The notes below the pieces were generated by a model. It did not search any database. It worked only from the letters and a program-made list of their open reading frames with translations, and was not told the origin of the DNA. Positions 1 through 7,232 of a DNA stretch of 10,495 bases are shown in pieces. This stretch comes from Gemmatimonadaceae bacterium (GTDB lineage Bacteria > Gemmatimonadota > Gemmatimonadetes > Gemmatimonadales > Gemmatimonadaceae). The position numbers and the translations under genes are program-made. Within the stretch, counting starts at the first letter, position 1; each line of letters opens with the position of its first letter. Location: positions 1 to 10,495 of the forward strand of contig JBKJNN010000121.1 of assembly GCA_046593625.1 (NCBI GenBank), given 5' to 3'.

Positions 1-2641
1 CGCGCCGGTCCGAGTCCTGGAGCTTATCCATGGTTTCGAGACCTTCGAAGGCGTCCTTGCAGTAAAAAACGCCAGCGTCATATTCGCGTTCTTCTTCGAC
101 GAAGAGCGCGCGGCGGCCGAAGCGGCGGTTGATTGCGGCGCCGCCGATGAGAACCGGGATCTTCATGCCGCGCTTGTCCAGCTCCTTCACGGCCAGCGGC
201 ATCTGCTTGGAAGTAGAGACGAGCAGAGCGCTCAATCCAATCGCGTCGGCACCGACTTCGACCGCTTTCTCAAGGATCGTGTTGACCGGAACCTGTTTGC
301 CGAGGTCGAAGACAGTGTAGCCGTTGTTGGAGAGGATGATGTTGACGAGCGACTTGCCGATGTCATGCACGTCGCCGTACACCGTCGCGAGCACGACTTT
401 GCCCTTGGTGTAACCCTCTGCCTTTTCCAAAAACTGCTCCAGATGCTTTACCGCCTTCTTCATGACTTCGGCAGACTGAAGCACGAACGGAAGGATGAGC
501 TCGCCAGCGCCGAACTTGTCTCCAACCTCTTTCATGGCGGGCAGCAGCACTTCGTTGAGAACGCGAACAGGATTCTCGCGAACCCCAGCCGCATCAAGCT
601 GCTCCTCGATCCCTTCCTTCTTGCGATGCAGGATCATCCAGTGAATCCGCTCCTCGGCCGTCATGCCTTCGGTGGGATCCGCCTTTTCCTTCACATCTGT
701 GCCATCTGTGGTTCTGTCGTTCCCGAAAAATTCTATATAGTGTTGCAGGGCTTCCGGCGACTTGTTGAATACCAGCGCATCCGCAAGCTCTCTTTCCTCC
801 GCTGAGATCTCCGCATACGGCCTGATGTGCGCCGGATTCACGATTGCCGCATCGAGACCTGCCGCCACACAATGATGCAGGAACACCGAATTGAGCACCG
901 ATCTCGCCTCGAGCGTCAGTCCAAAACTCACGTTGGACACTCCGAGAATCGTGGACACACCCGGCAGCTCACGCTTGATGAGCCGGATGCCCTCGATGGT
1001 CTCATGGGCCGAGTCGATCCATTCAGCGTCGCCGGTGGCGAGGGTGAAGGTGAGGCAGTCGTAGATGATGTCTTCGGGCGCGAGTCCGTACTCGTCTACT
1101 ACTATGTCATAGATGGCCCTGGCGACCTCGAGCTTCCGCTCTCGGGTCTTGGCCATGCCGACTTCGTCGATGGTAAGCGCGATAACTGCGGCGCCGTGCT
1201 TTTTCACGAGCGGCACGACTGACTCGATGCGCTTGCGGCCGTTCTCCATGTTGATGGAGTTGACGATACCGCGGCCGGGGATGTGCTCGAGCGCTGCTTC
1301 GATAACGTCCGCTTCAGTCGAGTCAATTACGAGCGGCGTCTCCACACTCATGCTCAGCAGCTTCACGACCTTCGACATCTGCTCGGCCTCATCGGCCCGT
1401 TCGGTGACGGCGACACAGACGTCGAGGACATGTGCGCCCGAGTCGACTTGGTCGCGCGCTACTTCGAGGATGCCTTCATAGTCGTCGGCGAGGAGGAGTC
1501 GCTTGACCTTGCGCGAGCCCTGGGCGTTGACGCGTTCTCCGACGAGGAGGGGAGGCGGATCCTGATGGAGGGTGATGGCGCGCATGGCTGAGCTGACGCG
1601 CGGGACTTTATGGTGTCCGATGCGTTGGCCAGTTGGACCAACTTCGGCCCGGGGGCCGACGGTCGCGCCTCGTTTCGCCTCGACCGCCTTTACTGCGTTG
1701 ACAACTGCGGCGAGATGTTCCGGAGTCGTCCCGCAACATCCCCCCACAATCCTCACACCAAACTCCTCCACGAACTCGGCCAATGCTTCTGCCATCGGAG
1801 CCGGTTCGAGCGGATAGACTGCCTCGCCTACACCCGTATTGATCGGCAACCCCGCATTCGGAATCACCGAAAGCGGCAGCGTCGCATGCTCGGCCAGATA
1901 TCGAATCGGCTCGCGCATGTGCTCCGGACCTGTGGAGCAGTTGAGACCGATGACATCCACACCTAGCGACTCGAGGGTAGTCATGGCGCTGGCGATGTCG
2001 GTGCCGAGGAGCATGCGGCCGGAGATGTCGAGCGTGATCTGCGCCTGAATCGGGATGCGACGTCCCAGCTCGGTGAAGACCTGTTCGATGCCCGCGATTG
2101 CCGCCTTTACCTCGAGAATGTCCTGGGACGTCTCGATGAGGAGGACATCGACGCCCCCTTCTATAAGGTATTGGGCCTGGTCGTGAAAGTTTCGGGCGAG
2201 TTCTTCAAAGGTGATGTCGCCGAGCGCCGGGTCGGAGCTCGAGGGCAGCATGCCGGTGGGGCCCATGGAGGCCGCGACGAACCGTGGCTTATCAGGCGTG
2301 CTGAACTTGTCCGCTGCTGCCCGGGCGACGCGGGCGGCGCCGACGTTGATTTCGCGGACCTTGTCGCCAAGTCCCCATTCTTCGAGGCGTCGGGGTGTCG
2401 ACTGAAAGGTGCACGTCTCGACTACATCACAGCCGACTTCGAGGAACGATTCGTGGATCGCCTGAATAACGTCCGGGCGAGTGAGAACGAGGTTGTCGTT
2501 GCAGCCTTCGAGCGATTTTCCGCCGAAGTCGTCCGGTGTGAGGTTGAACCGTTGGATGCTCGTTCCCATCGCCCCGTCGTAGATGAGTACGCGGTTGCCG
2601 AGGGCTTTGAGGTAGGGTGATTCGGTTGGACGAGCGGTCAT
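1..2641 (-). CDS. metH: Cobalamin-dependent methionine synthase MetH. The N-terminus is complete; the C-terminal part (AdoMet-binding activation domain) lies beyond the window edge or is absent.
   Basis: The minus-strand translation from the ATG at 2641..2639 reads MTARPTESPYLKALGNRVLIYDGAMGTSIQRFNL..., a typical MetH homocysteine-binding N-terminus. Downstream come a GGCCGTTPEH zinc/Hcy motif region, a pterin-binding-like GIVNSINMENG stretch, and the classical B12-binding signature KGKVVLATVYGDVHDIGKSLVN (complement of ~340-410), all in one continuous frame. The frame stays open to position 1. The six-frame track lists no complete minus-strand ORF here, which fits an ORF that runs off the edge. 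Confidence 0.9.
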   Translation of the reverse strand, partial: MTARPTESPYLKALGNRVLIYDGAMGTSIQRFNLTPDDFGGKSLEGCNDNLVLTRPDVIQAIHESFLEVGCDVVETCTFQSTPRRLEEWGLGDKVREINVGAARVARAAADKFSTPDKPRFVAASMGPTGMLPSSSDPALGDITFEELARNFHDQAQYLIEGGVDVLLIETSQDILEVKAAIAGIEQVFTELGRRIPIQAQITLDISGRMLLGTDIASAMTTLESLGVDVIGLNCSTGPEHMREPIRYLAEHATLPLSVIPNAGLPINTGVGEAVYPLEPAPMAEALAEFVEEFGVRIVGGCCGTTPEHLAAVVNAVKAVEAKRGATVGPRAEVGPTGQRIGHHKVPRVSSAMRAITLHQDPPPLLVGERVNAQGSRKVKRLLLADDYEGILEVARDQVDSGAHVLDVCVAVTERADEAEQMSKVVKLLSMSVETPLVIDSTEADVIEAALEHIPGRGIVNSINMENGRKRIESVVPLVKKHGAAVIALTIDEVGMAKTRERKLEVARAIYDIVVDEYGLAPEDIIYDCLTFTLATGDAEWIDSAHETIEGIRLIKRELPGVSTILGVSNVSFGLTLEARSVLNSVFLHHCVAAGLDAAIVNPAHIRPYAEISAEERELADALVFNKSPEALQHYIEFFGNDRTTDGTDVKEKADPTEGMTAEERIHWMILHRKKEGIEEQLDAAGVRENPVRVLNEVLLPAMKEVGDKFGAGELILPFVLQSAEVMKKAVKHLEQFLEKAEGYTKGKVVLATVYGDVHDIGKSLVNIILSNNGYTVFDLGKQVPVNTILEKAVEVGADAIGLSALLVSTSKQMPLAVKELDKRGMKIPVLIGGAAINRRFGRRALFVEEEREYDAGVFYCKDAFEGLETMDKLQDSDRR

Positions 2642-2760
2642 GCGATGAACCTATACGAAAAAAGCCCGCTCGTGGGCGCTGGGCTGGAGCGCTTTAGCGG
2701 AATGTTTAACGTGGCCGCAAGTTGCTTAAATCGCCACGAAGCTGAACTAACAATACTAGA
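2642..2760 (-). promoter_or_regulatory. Candidate structured 5' leader of metH (roughly 100 nt). It is a possible SAM-responsive riboswitch with an H-type pseudoknot (SAM-II-like) and competing downstream hairpins.
   Basis: All of the following is on the minus-strand RNA. A 6-bp stem CGUGGC/GCCACG (plus-strand coordinates 2710..2738) encloses a 17-nt loop GAUUUAAGCAACUUGCG. The loop segment UUUAAGC can pair with the downstream GCUAAAG (~2692..2699) to form a pseudoknot. Next is a hairpin GCGCU/AGCGC whose 3' arm overlaps the 5' arm of a GCCC-ACGAGC-GGGC hairpin, which is followed by UUUUUU (2658..2677). That is an antiterminator/terminator-like arrangement ending 16 nt before the ATG. A weak sigma70-like TTGCCT-N15-TAGTAT (plus-strand coordinates 2779..2753) would put the transcription start near 2745. 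This is based on pattern only; I ran no covariance model. Confidence 0.3.
2658..2677 (-). terminator. Weak intrinsic-terminator-like hairpin plus U6 inside the metH 5' UTR. It is a putative attenuator or expression platform, not a gene-end terminator.
   Basis: On the minus strand the sequence is GCCC ACGAGC GGGC followed by TTTTTT (the plus strand shows AAAAAA at 2658..2663, then gcccgctcgtgggc). The stem is only 4 bp of GC, so the call is marginal. Confidence 0.2.
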
Positions 2761-2871
2761 AAGGTCGGCTTTCAGGCAAGCAAAGTCTCCACGGGGACCG
2801 CCTTCAGGCGGATCGGCACGAGCCCTGTCCATGGATACAGGCACTCCCAGCGTGAGTTGCGCTTCGCCATC

Positions 2872-2912
2872 CATGCGATATTGTTCCAGCGCGAGTTCGG
2901 CACAATCGCATG
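2872..2912. promoter_or_regulatory. Inverted repeat CATGCGAT-N25-ATCGCATG in the divergent metH / secreted-protein control region. It is an operator candidate or a 5'-UTR hairpin of the downstream + gene.
   Basis: The arms at 2872..2879 and 2905..2912 are perfect 8-bp reverse complements, with partially extendable flanks. The right arm ends 22 nt before the GGAGGGGAG-ATG start at 2934. Confidence 0.25.
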
Positions 2913-2933
2913 TCTGTCCACCACGGAGGGGAG

Positions 2934-3833
2934 ATGTGTGTTCGTAGTGGTCGGTGTCTGGCCGGTGTTCTTACCGTGTTCCTGCTTTCGGCGGTCCCAT
3001 CGGTTGACGCCCTGGCGCAGGCCGGCGCCTTGTCCGGTCTTCTCGGTAACGCAACCGACTTCAATTTTTTCTGGGCCCAATCCGGCGCCCCTCGCGGCGA
3101 GTTGATCCCGGAGCGAGGTGCAGGTGCGGCGGGAGTGGGATTCGAGCTCTCGTTTGCGATCCCTGGTGCATGGACGCGGCGGAGGCGACCCGCGCCAACG
3201 CCGGACCTCTCAGCCAAAGGAACATCGTGCGACGCGCGATTCCGGCGCCGAGAACTGGTTACGACCGAAGAGTGCTCGGACACAACGTGGAATTCGCTGC
3301 AACGCGATAGCGCGCGAACGGGTATCTCCTACAAGCAGGAGCAGAGTATCAAGCAGTTTCGCCTCTCTGAGGATGTTTTCACGTTCGAGCTTGCTGTGGG
3401 CTTTTCTCAGACCGGCGCTTTCGTATCACGGCGCTCGGAAAACGATGTGAGAGTATCGCTCCGGGAGGCACCCTCGGTCTCAGTATATGCGACTTATGAG
3501 CCGGGATTGTTCTCACTCTCGACGGTGAATTTTACTGGATATTTCGGCGGGCGTTCCGGGCTTATTTCGCTGAACGCGGGCAGGGCATTTACGGATTCAT
3601 CGATCACAAAATTCTCGGGCGAGACCTTTCAGATCGGACCCGTCGTTGGGCTCGTCGCGAAAGTAAACGGAATCAATCTGTTTGCTGAGGGCGCTTACCT
3701 TTGGCGGGATTTCAAGAGCGTGGAGTGGGAGAGGGACACCGGCTTGGGTACGCTGCCCCGGAGAATAGATCTTAGTGGGTACGCCCTCGCGCTCGGGGCG
3801 CAATTTGAGCTCGCGGATCCCAGAAATCGATAG
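2934..3833 (+). CDS. Hypothetical secreted or outer-membrane beta-rich protein, about 299 aa, with an N-terminal signal peptide.
   Basis: A strong Shine-Dalgarno GGAGGGGAG sits immediately upstream of the ATG at 2934; the track's start at 2910 lacks an RBS. The N-terminus MCVRSGRCLAGVLTVFLLSAVPSVDALAQA is a typical Sec signal peptide with an AxA cleavage site. The C-terminal two-thirds show alternating hydrophobic beta-strand-like patterning (YATYEPGLFSLSTVNFTGYFGG, FQIGPVVGLVAKVNGINLFAEGAYLW). I recognised no known family motif. An Arg-rich low-complexity insert spans ~3170..3260. Confidence 0.55.
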   Translation: MCVRSGRCLAGVLTVFLLSAVPSVDALAQAGALSGLLGNATDFNFFWAQSGAPRGELIPERGAGAAGVGFELSFAIPGAWTRRRRPAPTPDLSAKGTSCDARFRRRELVTTEECSDTTWNSLQRDSARTGISYKQEQSIKQFRLSEDVFTFELAVGFSQTGAFVSRRSENDVRVSLREAPSVSVYATYEPGLFSLSTVNFTGYFGGRSGLISLNAGRAFTDSSITKFSGETFQIGPVVGLVAKVNGINLFAEGAYLWRDFKSVEWERDTGLGTLPRRIDLSGYALALGAQFELADPRNR

Positions 3834-3890
3834 CGACGGGAAGTCGGCCGCGGGCTGATGGGTGGCTGAACCGCTACGACACGCTCCAAC

Positions 3891-5156
3891 TCAGTACATC
3901 CTGTACTTATCGCTTTGCTTCTTGAAGCTTTCCAGCTCAGGCGACCATGAGGCAAAGATCTCTTGCGGCGTTCGCCCCCCAGTGATCATCGACTTGAGCC
4001 GCCTGGTGGCGGTCAATCGCTCGAGCACCGCGTCGTTCCAGACCAGCTTGTCACTGTGCAGTTTGTGGACTGCCCAGAGCATCGCAACGCCAGCCTTGTA
4101 TGGTTCGAACGCGTTGCGGTCAGTGACGTTGAGGTAGATGCCATTCAACTTCACACCGGTGAGTTTGGGCGGGCGGCCGTGAAAGGATTTCTGTTCCGGT
4201 GTAAAGGTCACCGACTCGAACACGACTCCCTTCAATCCAATCTCGTTTAGAAGCTTCACTGCTGCGGCGTTGTCGAGCCATGCAGCTCCGATATACTCGA
4301 AAGGTTTGTCACTGCCTCGTCCCTCGGAGAGATTCGTCGCCTCGAAGAGGCACGTTCCCACGTAAGCCAGCAGGGACTGGAAGGTGAGCAGATTTGGCGA
4401 TGGCTTGCTCCACGGCAATCCAGTCTGATCGTACCACGTCGACCTGGTCCATCCGCTCATCGGCACAACGGTCAACTTTACGCGCTGTCCACCGCGCAAC
4501 AGCCGTTCTTCATTATAGAAGCGCGCGAGCTCACCCATCGTTAGCCCATGCACCACGGGGACCTTGGCGTATGATCCGAAGCGATAGAGAAACTCGTCGT
4601 CGGTCGTGAATCCTTCCTGCTTCAATCCAGTGATTGGATTGGGCCTGTCCAGTACGATGACCTCGATCCCACTCTCCGATGCTGCTTCCATAATGAAACC
4701 AAGAATGTTGATGTGCTCGTAGAAGCGCGCACCAACTTCCTGAATGTCGAAGACTATCGCGTCGACTCCGGCGACCATCTCGCGCGTCGGCTTGTGTGAC
4801 TCACCGTAGAGATTGTACTTGGTCACGCCCGTCTGAGGGTCGAGCGCGATTTCTCCGTCGGCAGGAAGGGAGTAATCGTTTGAGCGAATGTTGTGTTCCA
4901 TTCCGAACAGGACCTTGAGCTCCGTATCCGGATACCTGTGAAGCGCATCGGCCAGGTGGGTACCGTCTGTCAACTGCCCGCTGTGATTGGAAACAAGGGC
5001 GACTTTCTTTCCCTTGATTAGGTGCGCGTACTCGGTAAACAGCCGGTCAGCGCCGACTCTTACTCCAGAAAGCGGTAGGCTGGCGGGAACCTGTACAGGT
5101 CTCGCGCAGGCAGTGAAACAAAGGAGAAGCGAAATCGCCAGGTACGTTGGTTTCAT
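3891..5156 (-). CDS. namZ: DUF1343 family protein, an exo-beta-N-acetylmuramidase (NamZ/YbbC-like); predicted lipoprotein.
   Basis: This is a 421-aa ORF. The N-terminus MKPTYLAISLLLCFTACARP has a lipobox-like FTAC. The body (GMEHNIRSN..., DRPNPITG, VPMSGWTRSTWYDQTGLPWSKPSPNL, EGRGSDKPFEYIGAAW) matches the DUF1343/NamZ architecture as I remember it. Confidence 0.8.
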   Translation of the reverse strand: MKPTYLAISLLLCFTACARPVQVPASLPLSGVRVGADRLFTEYAHLIKGKKVALVSNHSGQLTDGTHLADALHRYPDTELKVLFGMEHNIRSNDYSLPADGEIALDPQTGVTKYNLYGESHKPTREMVAGVDAIVFDIQEVGARFYEHINILGFIMEAASESGIEVIVLDRPNPITGLKQEGFTTDDEFLYRFGSYAKVPVVHGLTMGELARFYNEERLLRGGQRVKLTVVPMSGWTRSTWYDQTGLPWSKPSPNLLTFQSLLAYVGTCLFEATNLSEGRGSDKPFEYIGAAWLDNAAAVKLLNEIGLKGVVFESVTFTPEQKSFHGRPPKLTGVKLNGIYLNVTDRNAFEPYKAGVAMLWAVHKLHSDKLVWNDAVLERLTATRRLKSMITGGRTPQEIFASWSPELESFKKQSDKYRMY

Positions 5157-5171
5157 GGCGACGAATTTACT

Positions 5172-5184
5172 CGAGCACTGCTCG
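5172..5184. promoter_or_regulatory. 13-bp palindrome CGAGCA-C-TGCTCG, 16-28 nt upstream of the namZ start codon. It lies in the namZ leader within the namZ / nfeD divergent intergenic region.
   Basis: The sequence is exactly self-complementary around a single central base. No SD is evident for namZ. Its function is unknown. Confidence 0.2.
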
Positions 5185-5288
5185 GTACGCCGGGGTCAGC
5201 CGTGCCCGCCTGAGTGGATCTTTCTTGGACCCGCCATCGCGTGCCGTTAAATTGAGTTAGCCTTCCGAGAACATTTCGACCGGTTCGA

Positions 5289-5320
5289 CATCGTTAGACC
5301 CATAACGATGACACGTAACG
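5289..5320. promoter_or_regulatory. Operator-like inverted repeat CATCGTTA-N6-TAACGATG plus a third TAACGA half-site, 14-45 nt upstream of the nfeD start.
   Basis: The arms at 5289..5296 and 5303..5310 are perfect 8-bp reverse complements separated by 6 bp. A further direct copy TAACGAgg lies at 5315..5320, just 5' of the GAGG SD. Nearby is a TTCGAC-cgg-TTCGAC direct repeat at 5275..5289. Confidence 0.3.
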
Positions 5321-5333
5321 AGGTCACCGATAC

Positions 5334-5906
5334 ATGACTTTTCTCTTCTGGCTCGCCCTCGTAGTCGGCGGCGGCCTGCTCCTCCTCTCCCTCATCGGCG
5401 ACTCAGACACTGATGCGGGTGGTCACGATATCGATCACGAAGTCGGACATGCCGGCGGCGATTGGGGACGCATACTCTCACTCCGGAATGCGACGTACTT
5501 TCTTTTCGCGTTTGGCGCCACCGGCACACTGCTCCAGGCGTTGTGGAAGGGGCGCGATACACCACTGGTGTTCGTCATCGCTGCAGTTACCGGCGTGATT
5601 GCCTGGCTGCTCAGTTCTGTTGCATTCAGTTATCTCAAACGCACTGACGCAGGCGAACTTCAAGGCGACCGCTGGCTCATCGGCCGCATCGGCAACGTCA
5701 CCATTCCCATAAAACGGGAATCGACCGGCAAGATTACAGTCGCGCGCGCAGGGCAAACGCAGGAGCTGCTCGCGCTGCCGCACAACGAAACTGACACAAA
5801 TCCAGAAGAGTGGAATTCGGTGATGGTGGTGGAAATACGCGACGGCGTCGCGTACGTGGCACCATCCACAGGAATCACGTCTTCGCTCGATACCATACAG
5901 GAGTAG
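5334..5906 (+). CDS. nfeD: NfeD-like membrane protein (short NfeD/YuaF type), the partner of flotillin.
   Basis: This is a 190-aa ORF with a GAGG SD ~11 nt upstream. It has N-terminal hydrophobic helices (FLFWLALVVGGGLLLLSLIG; LVFVIAAVTGVIAWLLSSVAF) and a C-terminal OB-fold-like beta segment (WLIGRIGNVTIPIKRESTGKITVARAGQTQELLA). Its stop is 3 nt before the flotillin ATG, which implies translational coupling. Confidence 0.75.
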   Translation: MTFLFWLALVVGGGLLLLSLIGDSDTDAGGHDIDHEVGHAGGDWGRILSLRNATYFLFAFGATGTLLQALWKGRDTPLVFVIAAVTGVIAWLLSSVAFSYLKRTDAGELQGDRWLIGRIGNVTIPIKRESTGKITVARAGQTQELLALPHNETDTNPEEWNSVMVVEIRDGVAYVAPSTGITSSLDTIQE

Positions 5907-5909
5907 TCA

Positions 5910-7223
5910 ATGGAATTCTTTCAAAGCGCCGCACTCGTAGTCGGAGGTGTCCTCGTCGGCGTCATCGCGATGGCGCTTCTCACGATCAAGAAGCTTCTCG
6001 TCATTGCGCCGCCCAACTTCGCTGCAGTCATCACAGGCCGGCAACGACAGCTCGAAGACGGCACTCGAATCGGCTACCGCACAGTTTCGGGCGGCCGCTC
6101 CATGCGGGTTCCGCTCGTCGAACAGGTACAATGGATGTCGCTCAGTACCATCCCGCTCGAGATCAGCGTCGCCGACGCGTACTCCAAGGGCAATATCCCC
6201 CTCGAGGTCAAAGCCGTCGCCAATCTCAAGATTGCATCATCGCCAGACGCTGTATTCAACAACGCGGTCGAGCGACTGCTCGGTAAGCCGCTCTCCGAGA
6301 TCGAAGGTCTCGCGCGCGAAACGCTCACCGGTAACCTTCGCGGTGTCCTCTCCAAGCTCACCCCCGAAGAGGTAAACGAAGACCGGCTCGGTTTCGCTCG
6401 CCACCTGTCGGAAGAAGCAGATCACGATCTCAAGAAGCTCGGACTTCAGCTCGACGTTCTGAAGATTCAACATGTGTCAGATCGCGTCGGTTACCTGAAG
6501 GCGATGGGAGAGAAAGCGACATCTGAAGCGATTCGTGACGCCGAAATTGCGAAGGCGAATGCCCAGGCAGAGACTGCGCTGCGACAGGCGGAAGCGACTC
6601 GGGTATCCGAAGTGGCAACCGCGCAGGCAGCAACTGCAATTGCCGAAGCGCAGAATCTTTTGCGAGTGCGCCAGGCCGAGCTTGGCCGCGAAGCACAGAC
6701 TGCTGAGAAAGTTGCGCGTGCAGAGGCCGAGCGCGCCGAAGCTGTAGCGCGTACGCAACTCGAGTTGCAGCGTGTGGAGCTGGAGAAAACCCGCCTTCAA
6801 GCTGACGTGGTTCAGCCCGCTGAAGCGGCGCGCATGGCAGCCGAGTCACGCGCGAAAGCCGATGCTGCGCCGATTCTGGAAAACGGTCGCGCGCAGGCAG
6901 AAGCATTGAGAATGCTCCTCGCGGAGATCAACAAGGCCGGTGAAACGGGCTTGCAGGTCTTCATCGCCGAGAAGTTGCCGGCGCTGCTGACGAGTGCTCT
7001 CGATTCGATGAAGTCGATCGACATCGACCGAGTCACAGTCATCGACAGCGGAAGCGGTAAGGGCGTTGCGAATGCGACGACGCAGAAGGTGAATGCTTCG
7101 CTTGCAGCGGTTCAGCAGGTTGCGGATTCCATGGGTCTCGACATCGAGGCGATCGTGCGGAATCTTGCGCGGACCCAGATCGGCGCGGGCCCGCCGGCAA
7201 CAGATCAGACCGCGACGCAGTAG
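5910..7223 (+). CDS. Flotillin-like SPFH/band-7 domain protein (FloT/YqiK-like).
   Basis: This is a 437-aa ORF. The AGGAG SD is embedded in the end of nfeD. After an N-terminal TM helix comes an SPFH core (VITGRQRQ...YRTVSGGRSMRVPLVEQVQWMSLSTIPLEISVADAYSKGNIPLEVKAVANLKI...LTPEEVNEDRLGFARHLSEEADHDLKKLGLQLDVLKIQHVSDRVGYL). A long Ala/Glu/Arg-rich coiled-coil (EA-repeat) region follows, which is typical of flotillins. Confidence 0.85.
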   Translation: MEFFQSAALVVGGVLVGVIAMALLTIKKLLVIAPPNFAAVITGRQRQLEDGTRIGYRTVSGGRSMRVPLVEQVQWMSLSTIPLEISVADAYSKGNIPLEVKAVANLKIASSPDAVFNNAVERLLGKPLSEIEGLARETLTGNLRGVLSKLTPEEVNEDRLGFARHLSEEADHDLKKLGLQLDVLKIQHVSDRVGYLKAMGEKATSEAIRDAEIAKANAQAETALRQAEATRVSEVATAQAATAIAEAQNLLRVRQAELGREAQTAEKVARAEAERAEAVARTQLELQRVELEKTRLQADVVQPAEAARMAAESRAKADAAPILENGRAQAEALRMLLAEINKAGETGLQVFIAEKLPALLTSALDSMKSIDIDRVTVIDSGSGKGVANATTQKVNASLAAVQQVADSMGLDIEAIVRNLARTQIGAGPPATDQTATQ

Positions 7224-7232
7224 ATCTGATAC

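Noticed and set aside
365-2620. Several long plus-strand ORFs inside the metH region (365..805, 827..1222, 1113..1481, 1610..1966, 2171..2620).
   Set aside because: They are antisense to a continuous, motif-rich MetH reading frame (GDVHDIGK and others). Such ORFs are expected in high-GC DNA, and they show no RBS and no protein-like sequence.
340-2641. A suspected frameshift in metH between the N-terminal domain and the B12-binding domain.
   Set aside because: Re-indexing against the supplied ORF coordinates showed that the B12 motif is in the same frame as the ATG at 2641. The gene is intact within the window.
3834-3890. Expected bidirectional terminator between the convergent secreted-protein and namZ genes.
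   Set aside because: No convincing GC-rich hairpin with a U-tract was found on either strand in the 57-bp gap. Only a short CCGCGG palindrome is present.
5155-5250. A small 31-aa Cys-containing ORF (MATNLLEHCSVRRGQPCPPEWIFLGPAIACR) that starts on the namZ start codon in the opposite direction.
   Set aside because: It has no RBS and is merely the tail of a spurious longer antisense ORF (4987..5250). It overlaps the namZ initiation site. No support.
6520-6900. Repetitive Ala/Glu/Arg-rich stretch in the flotillin gene that looks like a DNA repeat.
   Set aside because: It encodes the expected flotillin coiled-coil EA-repeat region. It is not a tandem DNA repeat or a CRISPR-like array.
5947-6906. 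Alternative-frame ORFs within the flotillin gene (5947..6375 +, 6430..6906 -, 6477..6800 -).
   Set aside because: They overlap a well-supported SPFH / flotillin frame. Their products are low-complexity Ser/Arg-rich sequences.
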